Origin: Laetmonice hystrix
Lineage: Eukaryota
Direction: 5' to 3'
NCBI GenBank assembly: GCA_965235115.1
Contig: OZ249448.1
Span: 19,716,001-19,780,000, forward strand
Length of the DNA stretch: 64,000 bases
Below the pieces are notes generated by a model, which saw nothing but the letters and a program-made list of their open reading frames with translations, was not told the DNA's origin and made no database searches. Position numbers and translations under genes: made by a program. Shown in pieces: positions 36,801-48,810 of this stretch; positions within the stretch are counted from its first letter, which is position 1; every line of letters begins with the position of its first letter.

Positions 36801-39800
36801 AGAGAGGCGGGTGATTTTAGAGTGGCCGCCATGCAGGTGGGTGGAATGGTGCACATCGATATCGTCGGTGCCTGATATGTCCAGATGAACATGGCCCCAT
36901 CGTATAATACCTCATGTCTGTCAAACGTCGAGCCTGGTGGACAGATGTGGGCCACGTGCCTACCAGCAGAATCCTTAATACAACTGGCGGCTACAATCAC
37001 GCCGAGATTTGGCCCGTCACTCACTGCAAACCCTCGAGTCTTGTCTTAATACTGCAACCAATCCCACATCACACACAAGACCATCAGTTCTTCAGAAAAA
37101 CAAAGCCGTCTTCTTCCAATAGACAACACTAAATTCCCCGGAGGCAATTTCTCGAATAAAAAAGAATACATCCTCTTAAAATACTCCGCCAAAGATCTGC
37201 TATAAAACGCATATATAGGATAAGGTATCAAGAAGCTTGCAATGATATTGACCACATTGAGATGCTGCAAAAGTCTACATGCCCTCACAAATGATTAAAT
37301 CACATTCTAGGAACTATCGTACTTCTTTTCACTTTATACAACGATGCAAAAAAGTGGAAGCATTAAATTTATCAATCAGAATACTTTTAATGAATAATAA
37401 ATATTTATATACAACTTCAAGGGCTCTCAAAAACAGGGCCAAAATCTATAGGTTGGGCCGGTCATCTTGGGTTAATAAGTAACGTCTTATGGACCGCAAG
37501 CGAACGCGTACACTTACATACTAGACAGCGTGCCATTGTCAAAAACCTTTAGGTACTCTGCTTCTCCCCCATGGAATTAATATGGCATTCACTGATGGTT
37601 GATTTGTTTATGCCCACTTGGCGTCATACGGGTGCCAAAGAGATAGGTTCCACTACCAGTGTGGACATGCCTAACAATGGCAGGACATCTGATTTACAGA
37701 ATCCTCATACTTTTATGTTGCATAAATAAAGCCAGGCTGGTACCTTGCAAGCGACTAGGGAGATAAATGAAGCATAAACATTCTGATTAAATCTATAAGA
37801 AGCTTAAACAAGGCATGTTAGTATGGTCCTACATCAGCCTAACAAGCATCAATATTACATTATGAATGAGCATTTACAAGGCGTGAGCCACTAGTAAAGC
37901 TAATCTTATTAATGACCCTGATTAGTCAAAGAATTCCAATCTTCAGATAAAACAATTTGTCATTGTAAACTTACAACCTCTACTACAAGCAAGAAAAAAA
38001 AAGGTTGCTAAGATCCACATCAATTGAACAGAAAATACCAGGTACTTGAGCGGATTGCGACCCCAAGAGATATTGAAGGTATGGTTTCATTTCTGGCAGA
38101 CGTATACATTGAAATTACACTTGGCCTGATTTTGTAGCTTTCATTTAAAAACCTGATGTAACGTTTGCTTTGTGCGAGCGTTTACAAACGTTCACGAGTG
38201 ACCACCCCACTCAAAACCCTGTGCCCTTGACGATTTACATCATTTGAAGACAAGGGCGGCAATCCTTATATCTATCCTCTCTTTAAAATAGCACTGTATC
38301 TGAAATCAATGCTATTGTCAAAACTCGTTTGCACGTTCTTTATAAAGGCTAGGTTAGATAATCGACCACAGTACCCATTCATAAAAAACAATGGGGCGCT
38401 ATCGACCACGTTGATTTCAAAGTGTGTGACGTCAGACCTGAAATACCGGCAATGTCCACAACTCACCTGAACTAGACCTTACTTTCATGTACTTTTTAAA
38501 AGATAACAAACTAAAGTTAAAGAGGAAAGTCAACCAATTCATGAGACATATAGTTTAGAGTTGAGATCTATGGAACGCAATCCGTGAATACACGTACGAA
38601 AAGACATTACGTCCTTAATGCCAACTTTAGATTTGATTCAATTATATTTCAGCCGTCTATATCTCTGATGACATTTTAATTGTAGTTAACAGTCCTGTCA
38701 CTTTGAATATCTTCTATCCACTTAATTATACTCTTGTTATTAAAACTAAATGTTATTTTCAACTGTATTCTTTTACTTTCAGAGGTCTACTTATTATTTT
38801 GACGACTTGTGCACGGTGGACGGCCACCTCAACATCGTTCAATGATTATGACTATCAGAGGCCTTATGGTCTAAAGACAAGGTTCCTTGAGTGGTGTCAT
38901 TGTTTGTGACTTCCTCTTGTGACCAATTTACTTGTGCCAAATTGTCAGTCAATGTTGGAGAACACAGTGCGTGCACCCTGTACATCGTCTTCCACGCATA
39001 AAATTGTCGGGAAGATGTTTCTTGGCTTCTTGACACTCCATGAATGAAGCAAATTTTCCAGCGGGCAGCGACTACAGGGCAAATTAGGACTCCATTCAAA
39101 CCTTAGCGAGGCTTTTGTAGAGGATAAATATGCGTGACAAGAGAGTAATACACATGTCCATCCTGTGGTAATCACCACTGGCTTGTTTTATAAATCTAAT
39201 ATAATATGTTTTCTATTGCGATCGCAGGCATAAACAGCATGCAAATGGCGGTCTATGTAAGCGCTGCTGACGGCTTCATGTGGCGACTGTTTAACAGGAG
39301 AAGAAAAAAAAACTACCGATACATTTTGCGCTTGTATCCTCATAGATCGATCGATACGTAAAGCGCAAGACTTTGATGTCTTCCACTTACCCTCGTGAGG
39401 TCGAACATCATAAAGAAAGGTTAGAACTAAAAGTCATATTTGACGACATGTAAAACTTGCTAAGACCATACAAAGGGTGGAGACTGAAGCCTGCATTAAT
39501 TATTAACTTCTTTTTTGAGCCTCTGCTAAATTTGTATTTCGCGTCTTGCTGCTTTTGTTGTTGTAAAGGTTGAAATTAAAGGTAAGGTTATGAAATCTTA
39601 AAACAGGCGTTTATTCAAGAACACTGACGTTTGCGACAATTAGCACTATGTTATTCATTTCTTTTTATAGACAAATTTGTCTTTCTTAAAAGTCAAAGGC
39701 GATATGGGTAAACTGATGATCATCTTCCATGCTTTGATTTAGCCTACGAAAGAACGAATTTAAGCTTTTGTACATCAAGCATTAACTGTATGCACGGTGT

Positions 39801-42800
39801 CTCAAAATATAATTCATTAAAAATGGTATAGATTTAGAGGAAGGTCAACTTCACTGCCACCCTGACGCCTAAAGTAACAATCTCAAGATTTCCAATTAAA
39901 ATGATCCCTCACTACCCGATGGTGACCCAGAGAATCTGACAAAACGTAAGACCTTTGGCTCGGACCACGTTATCACATACAGGGCCAAGGACCTTGTCCG
40001 TATGCCAACCTACCATTCTACCAAATAAAGGTCAACCAGAAAATGTGGAGACATAGCAGCCTGATGCTCAGCCCCCATTATGATCACAATATACATCACA
40101 TGGAGATGACATACCACAGCCCAATAATGAACCCTTTTCATAAGCCTGGATTAAGCAGGCCATTTCCAAGGGAAACCACTGCCTCTCAATAGAGTCATCA
40201 ATTATAAAGACATGCTAATTGAGATTCTGGCTTGGGTTGGCCTTCATATATCGATCTCCTGGCTGTCGTGGAGGAAAAATGCATGACCAATGTATTAGCA
40301 TTGCAACCTCTTAAAGAAACATAACTATAGAAATGTTAGTTAGGGACATAGTTGTTGATGTAGAGAAACCCTACCAAAATGTTTTAAAGCTGTGTTTCAT
40401 GGGCAAATGGAAGACTGGGTCTGGGTTCATTCTGCATTCCTAATTAAGCTCATAGATTGATGAGTCCAATCAGGTGCACAGTCGGACCTCGTCACAATTT
40501 GTTATAATCCATTACATTGCCGTAACAGGCATTTTCCAATATGGCCTGATGCTTTAATGGTATGAAAATAATTGAAATTGTACCCTACTTTCTGTAAAAT
40601 GTTCAATTTGTTGAACAGGAGGTTCTCTCCTCCATTCAATATATTAGAAAAGTACAATTGTTGACAAAGGCCATACTAATAATACAATAAATTGGCGATT
40701 AAAAAATAGAAACAAAAAGACAAATACTGATTGTCTGTTTTGTGTCTGTAAATCAGTATTATTTGGATTCCATGTATAGGTCTCGGTAGTGGACGTTTCC
40801 CCCTCAGTTCTATGTCAGGGATGTTCCTTGACTAGAGGCTCGCATATACCTCAACGTCAGACCCACAGACCCCTCCTGAATACCAGATATGTCTTCACTG
40901 ATAATCTGGGAAGCCCACAGAAACTTTGGCTCAGAGTAAAGCTCAAGTTTTGATCCTGTGTGACAAGTATCCCCTACCTGCCTAAATGTAGGTTTTACAT
41001 AATCTCAGTCTCACTTCTGGGCTCAATGATACAATGAAGTAACACCACCGCCGGAAGATCCTGCGACACCTACACACAGTAATCGAGGTCCAGGACAGCG
41101 TATTCAGCTCTAGCTTTACATGATACGTCCAACCAAATCCCTTATCAATAAACAAGCAGTACGTGGTGGGAGAGTGTATCAATTCTACATCCACTGACGT
41201 CTCTTCATCTCACGCTATTTCTTAGTTAAACCTCCCCACGCGCCCTATCCCATCCACATCAATTACTCAGAGCTAGAGCAGACAGGGTGTCACTACTTCA
41301 GATATTTTCAAAACCACTCCTATTTCTGCGAGGATGGTATTATTATTAGATAGAGTGGCTTCCCCAGCTGTGACAGTTGTGTTACCAAATTCTGGAGAGG
41401 AATCACCAAACAGGGTAATTATGCTGGCTGGCAAGGTACCCCCTCGCTGGACCCTACCCCACCCACTCTATCCTTACCCCCAAGAGTTTTGCCGATCCTG
41501 TCATGTCATGCAGTGGAGCCCATAATCCCAGCTGTGCCAGTATCATGAGAATTTTATATTGGCTTGCCACGTAAATCAGATTAACAGACAAGGGTAATCT
41601 GCTGTCAGGATCAGGGGCGTGGATCACTGGGTAATCCTGGATATTTGTGGACGTGTAATCCCGACTTGTCAAGAGGTCGTCTCAGTGACCGGTACTAGAA
41701 TGACCATACAAGGTCTCCACACCAAAACAAATGTTCACTCCCATCCCAATCAATAGAGAACTGTTCTATTTTATACCGCTATTTGCAGTATTAGTACGCA
41801 CTGATTTAAAATAAAACAAATTAGTTAAATCATCTAATAGACAGTTCTCAGACCAACACTGGCGTTCGGATACATCAATCAACCAGATGTCCTGACTCGG
41901 CCAATAGACTATCATTACCTAATCTTCAGATTCAAACACTAGGTGGCGCGGATTATTTTGGAAGGTAAACACATGTCTTAATCAATAGCAATTAGGATTG
42001 GATTAGCCAGGAATCCTCTGTGACGTAACAGCCTGAAGGAGACAGTGTCCAACCTAAAACGTCATTACAGCCAGTAATTGGTGTTGCAGCTTGTAAAACA
42101 CTCTACTGGCTGCATGCACTATGAACTCATTTACAATATTAATTGCATCTTTTAGTGCTCTCTACTGAGATACTGTAATGTTTTAATAAAAATTCGCTAC
42201 ACATTATTCATTCAGCATTAACGTTTTGTAAATGTACAACAACAAAGCTGATCAAATATCTAGTTTCTGTGACTCACTGCTTCCATTACAACTATTCTTC
42301 TAGAGAGAGTTTTAATCTCTACTTCTCATCAACGGTGGCTAGTCACCCTATAAATGGGGAATACAATATGATTATTTGGTGTTTATTACAAATGTACCTT
42401 AATTTGAGCTTTAAGCTATGTTAGATCCTATGTATGTCCTGATCCTAATCCCTCATTCCATATACTACTATGACATGTTTCGTTATCCAGTCCATACTGT
42501 AAGCTTTACGGTTCTCTGTCCCGTAAACCTAGCATAGCTAACCTTCCTTCCAATTAAATTCTACACTTAGCAAGGCTGAAATCTGCCAAAATGCACACGT
42601 ATCCATTAAAAAGAATGACTTCATGAATCTGACACTAATATACTCTAGATTCTAACTGGCCACAGTACAGTTCGCACGCTCAACCTGTAAAAGGTTAGAA
42701 TACTTACTCAATATATTAACACGGAAATAACGTCTACTCACAGAACAGTTCAATTTTAGTCGAACTTATTTTTATTAGACTGATGTTTCCAAGACTCGTA

Positions 42801-42919
42801 AGATTTATGAAATAGATTTATCTGGGGCCTTTTGACTGATTCATGAAAGTTGCCAGGTTGTGGGCAGGTTCTGGGAGTAAATGGATACGAAGGGACATTC
42901 ACAAGTGATAGGTAGGTGT

Positions 42920-43030
42920 CACTCGCCTCACCAATCTACGCCACCGCTTCCGACGAGTAACTTTTTCTATGTATTTCGACGGTCTACCTGGCCAACTGTC
43001 ACTCCCCCTGGTGCCAAAAGGACGACTCGG
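42920..43030 (-). mobile_element. Possible RTE-type LINE C-terminal fragment
   Basis: Minus frame 'GTRGSDSWPGRPSKYIEKVTRRKRWRRLVRR' resembles the RTE C-terminal GRP.K...DR..WR.LV pattern. Confidence 0.3.
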
Positions 43031-43779
43031 CTGGCAGGTGTACCCAAACAGAGAGAAGTACCGACTATTCCCTGACACCTCGTTTATCTTAGGTCTGAAT
43101 GTCAGAGGTTCATCACTGGCTGGAATTAGGCTTGAATATAGAATCCTGTTAACAGACGGTCTACTGTTCGTTCACCGACTGGGGGCTGCTGGTCGGGGGC
43201 CATTCATAAATACATCACCATCCACACTTCAATACTCCTATGTCATTCTCCTCCTTCTTTTGGTCTTGTTAATATTGTGCGAATAAGTAACTATTCTGAA
43301 TGGGGTTATACTCTATTACAATTCTGCATTTGAATATATTCCTAGTCACTTCAGAAATGATCTTGACCTTGTCGCTTTTATTTCTTTCATTGTAAGAAAC
43401 TTCAAACGATTGAGGAGAAGCCGTAAATACATGGCACGATTCAACCATCTAGTCTGAGGAATCTTTCCTAGCGCACAATTAAAGAAGCTGACATATCCAC
43501 CGTACATTCCTCTATGCTGGTGGTAATTGTGTCATATTGTTTGATGAACCCACAGACAATACTGGATAAACAAGGGCTTCTTTTGATCCTGTATAAAACA
43601 TACAGAACAGCATATTAGGTTCTTTGTTAGCTGGACTGGAAACTAATTTCAACAGAGGATTTACTTACGTATTTAATGCACTTTTTGTACTTCTTTTCCA
43701 CCCTCTTCCATTTTCCCATTACCATACTACGAGAACAAATATTTCAAGGTCAAACTAATTCCGTGATTTTTACTTTCAA

Positions 43780-43960
43780 TATTTTCTTCATTCTGTGATT
43801 CTCCTTCTGCAGCATTCACTTATGAACAAACATGCATTAAAATCTCCCAAGACAACATTTTCTTCATGCCATTTTTGGAAACATTTTGGTGAGTGTTGCT
43901 TTAAACTAAATTGGATACGAAAATTGCTGTGAGCCTGAGTGATTTGGGTCAGAGTAGGTT
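43780..43960 (-). mobile_element. LINE apurinic-like endonuclease fragment
   Basis: 'NVVLGDFNA' at 43833-43859 is the hallmark APE GDFN motif; an upstream frameshifted 'IRGTYSDP' resembles the xxGVYAP motif. Confidence 0.55.
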
Positions 43961-46900
43961 CCGCGGATGGCAAGGGGGACCAAGAGCCATTTGGAAGATT
44001 TAATGGATTTACGCATGGATGTGTCTCATGAAATGTGCGAGTCAATAATCACTTACGAGGGTGAGATAAAGAGGAGTGGAGTGTGGATCAGAAAGTTCCG
44101 CTGTGTGAGGCAAATAACTATTTGGACATAGCAGATCATTAGGGTTGAATAAAATTCATTCAAGCATTTGATGCTTAACCCTATAAAAGCCTTACCTTAC
44201 CATTATTATATCAATTACTCATTGCAAGCGGTACTGAAACCGAGGCATCAAATTTGCATAAAGGGGACTGGCCTGGGTTCAGATAGGACGGCCCCTAAAG
44301 ACTATGTCAGAGGTCAGAATTCAATGAGGAGCCAATCAGAGACAGAATATGAATCCTAATGAGATATGCAAACGACATGCTAATCTCGGTTTCTCATTTG
44401 ATGAGGGCCTCAATGAATCTTTATGGTATCAAGAGGTGACAGTTGAAGACTATCGACTAGCCAGAAGGGTTGCATACAAGAAACATTAAATCTTGCATGC
44501 TCCGACAACTTATAGTTCTTGCCTTTATGCGTCACTCCCCCTTCAGTGAATTAACTGTAAGATTATATTTACGGTAGGTAGAAGTAATCTGTCTTTACAT
44601 GATTCTGCCTTCTTCGGCTTTACCACCATCAGCACAAAGGTTTAATCCTCATAAAATACAGGGCAGTGATTCTATTTAATTGTTCTCCACCGTTATACCT
44701 TGTAGAATAGGAGCTTCGGTATTGGATGATGAACCCTGGAAGCTGTGGAGAATATCAAGGGGAAAGGATTGCCTACATGAGTCTTCTGTGACAAAATGTT
44801 ATCTAAATGCCCTACATGTGGTAGAATACATCATTGTAAGGATTACCATGTGTCGAAAACCTACCACCCGCTAAGTAAAAACTATTGATGAGAAATATAT
44901 CTGCCATGCACAGTTCGAGTCCAGCCTTCATAACCAGAGGAATGTGAAATAAAATCCCATCATACAATCGGTTATACGATTTTTATTCGTATAAAAACAG
45001 TTAGAAATGAAGTGCCATTATTTGTCTAGGGTTTAGTAGCCCCACACACTTGCCCCCGGGCAGCTGTAGCCTGCCACGCCTCCGTAAACGAACTACTGGC
45101 ACCATTCAACATAACGATCTGAATGCGTTTACGAAACGTGGTAAATTTATTCCACGTGCGTATTTCCTGGCATGAGGGTCAGCGTAACTGCTCCCAGCGG
45201 GGTCTATTGGTGTCGGTGCGTGTAAAACAGCTGCGACGATTGGCTGTGTAACCCATTTAATGTGTATCCAGGAGAAAACCAGCGCTACCCCAGGGGGCCT
45301 GTTTCCACCAGCCTCACTAATATGATCGTCCCAATTAGACAATGCTGACACAATCTCTTTCAATTATTCTTGATGCCAGGTAAAAAAAAAACACCCTTAG
45401 TGATTGGGTAATTAATGACTGGAAACTGGAAGCCAGATATCACAGGCTGGAGAAATTGCTAACTATCAATCTGACCCAGATACTCTCAATGGTGTTTGTA
45501 ATATAGGCGACAATTATACCGATCAGATGACCTAAACGAACGATATAAGCAGTCCTTCTATGGCAATCACTATCTAAGTGTCTCTTTGCTAGAGAGAGAA
45601 ACACTAAGGTGGTTCATACTGTTATATATGCTGTTATCTCCATTGACAAATAAATTGCAGATGTGATAAAATATGTTAGGATTTGCAGATTGTGAGAATA
45701 TACAGATTAAAAGGAGAGATAATGTAGGATCAGATGAAAAGATTTGGCTGGAAATGGAAAACTGACAAAGCTGTGGTGATGTAGGGAGAGGTCTGGACAA
45801 CCAATTAATTCCCGTCTGTAGATTCAGCAGATTAGACTCATGATATTGAAGCACTATCGCCCCCTGGAGGATGTTTCTGATATCAAAATAAAATGTCTTC
45901 TCTTTTTATAGTACTGCAAGAACTCAAAGTCTCATAACAAACTTTGTCGCGAGGGGCATCTTTAAAAATCTTGACTTAATAGCATCCAATTCTCCATTGG
46001 CCCATATTAGCAATAAATGTATCCAAATATAACACTGCTATGTTTATCCAAATACGAAACTCCTCAGTCCTAAAATTTGTAAACATTACCGAAATTACTC
46101 TTTGTCTCATCTCTTTTTTTCTTCACTGTTCTTTGTCCTTCACTAAATAATTTCACTCGTTTCTTTTTATAATTGGACATGGCCTCCCGCTAAAATAGAC
46201 CTGTTCCAAAAGGAGTCAGTTTGTCGTATTGCATCCGTCACTAAAATGTCAAGAGACACGATCTCTATAAGAGCATTACACACGAGACAGTTTCTCTAAC
46301 CAAAGTTCAAAGAACGTCTCGAGTATTATGATTAATTACTGCTTGTGAGATAAATCTAACGGGGGAAAACGAAGTCCCAAAATAATGTGGCCTACAGTCA
46401 GCCGAGGCCCTCGTCTGCCTAGTCCACAATTAGGGGTACTTCATTAATGCCATCACCGACTGCTCCGTTACAGCATGAAGCAAGCATCAAAGATACGACT
46501 TGGATATGAAGCTTAGACAGTCTGTCTGAGATACCCATTAAGGCCCCCTAAAACATCTGATGACGTGGCTTTAGTTAGAGTGAGAGCACACAAAGAAGAG
46601 ACTAACAAAGCGCCACAACAGCCTTGTGCCTGACCTTGATTCTGCTTGATTATACACCACAGAAAACGATACTGTAAATTCTGACAATTTCATGGAAAAC
46701 AAAGCGGGCTTGCTGGGCGGCAAGTTAAAAAGTGTATTACTAATTGGGACGCTAACAAGGGATTCGGGAAACAGGTGTGCAACGACTGCGTAATGGTGAC
46801 ACTCAAGATATCCTTTCTATGTCATTGAATGTGTGAAACGGACTTTTTTACTGACAGTTTTCAGAGTACCTTTTTGTAAGGCTTGGAAACTCTCAACTTT

Positions 46901-48425
46901 TTTCAAAGACACACACCAAAATATAACGACAATCTACTAATCAACAGCATCCTTTTTAAGGTAAACTTTCAGGATTCTTATACGTACGAGGAAAACTTAG
47001 AAGTCAATACTAAAAATCCCTAATTACCTGCCATACTGCTGAAAACGCGCACATTTTTCTTCCAATTTATAATTATGGCTGCTTGGCGCTCTATAGGCGT
47101 TCCTTCTTTTCTTTTACATAAATATGATTAATATGAAGATACAATACCACATTCAGAGTAGCTCTAGCTTTGTGAAGACCACTGAGGGTATGAAATAATC
47201 TACTGGCCTTTCCATGGAGCACGGGTTTCAAGGTTTATGTATTTTGGAGATTGACTTGCCCAATTTACCCAAAAGAACCTAAATCTTTGTGCAACATTTT
47301 TTTGAAAGGTCTTTGCATAATGACCAATACAGATGCGATCAATGGATCCCTTTAGTCCATATCGTCCATATTGGTAACGGGCCTTTTACAGCAGGACGGA
47401 GAGGGATGGAAAGGGATGGCATACTGTGAGTTGACAGATACCGTAAAACCAGACATGATGTATAAAACATTAACAACAAGTCCTCCTTCAGTTGCCAAAG
47501 TGTCCCTCCTCCAATCATATCAACTGAACGAATATGTGGGGTTCGATGCCACTGGTCAGTGAACAGTACAGGGCCCAGCTGGCTCCCAGATCAAACGGGA
47601 CCCTCGAGAAACCGGGCGCCGGGCATGGCCGCATGATTTGCGCATCTGACACATAACGTAGGCTGGCCGGTTGGTAGATCACATCTGGTCCACCCGTGGA
47701 CGTCCTCGTATAGCGCCGTCTAACGGTAACCATTGGCAGATACGCCCAGCAAGGTCATACCACTCGTTTGACAGCAACAGTGAGCACTGCTCTCTCTATC
47801 TCTACTCCATACTCATTTATAATAAAACAACATTATTGATGACATATCATAAATACATTCTAATATCAACACTTCATATGCTTGAAGTCCATATTGAATT
47901 TCAAGTGACAGAGCAGCTTTAAAAGAGTTTCATTGGAGAATTCATCGTTCTAACACCAACCAAATTCCGTTTTCTGTCTGAGCTTGACACTATTTTGCGG
48001 TTAGTATAAATGCAGGTCCTCTTATAACTTATACAGCCAGAAAGAGATACCTGAAGCAAAACTTGCTCCGACTTGAAAAAGAAATGAACTATCTTTTCAT
48101 AGCGCATTTTTCAATATTCAGTGAAACAGTTAAGAATCATTCACGGAAATTATAAGAATTAGTTGCAATTAGGAACTGTTGATAACATCAGTTTTCGAAT
48201 TTCTCTAGTAAAGCTTTGATGTTTTAATTCAGTCCGCCTTAACTCGGAAGCTTCAGACGATAAAATAAGTGAAAGAAACAAGAACTTGACAGGAGCTCGT
48301 AATGGCGTGGGTGGTCCTGGCCACCTATTTGCTCATATGTGTGCTTTTAACGTTTCCTCAGATTTCAGACTTATGTGGCAGACAGCTCATGCAATAGTGC
48401 TTCTCCTCTATCTGAAAACTAAAAG

Positions 48426-48810
48426 TTAAAGCTGTAGATGAAATTCCTCAAAAAGTTACCTTTTACCGTCAGCAACACCATGTTAAAATGTCATATTTGA
48501 ACGATGAATGTAAGTATGGACATATGAAGTTACAACTGGTCGTCCGTTACTGTTCGAACTGAATGCTATGCGAGGTGAGGCTCGTAGGGGATTCCCTGAC
48601 ATCCGACTAATGCATGCAGTACTTTTGGTATAGTCGTATTTAGGGCAATCCCTACCAGCCTCACCTCGCAGATAGCGTTCCGTCCGAACAGTAACGGAAC
48701 GGCCAATTGTAACTCCATTTCTCTACACTTTCATTGATCATTCAAACCTGAAATTTTAACATGGTGTTAATGAGGACAAAAAAATTGAGGACTTTCATCT
48801 GCAGCTATAA
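48426..48810. mobile_element. Kolobok-like foldback MITE (~385 bp)
   Basis: TTAAAGCTGTAGATGAAATTCCTCAA pairs with TTGAGGACTTTCATCTGCAGCTATAA. Arms stay complementary for ~170 bp each around a ~40-bp spacer near 48600-48640. Confidence 0.88.
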
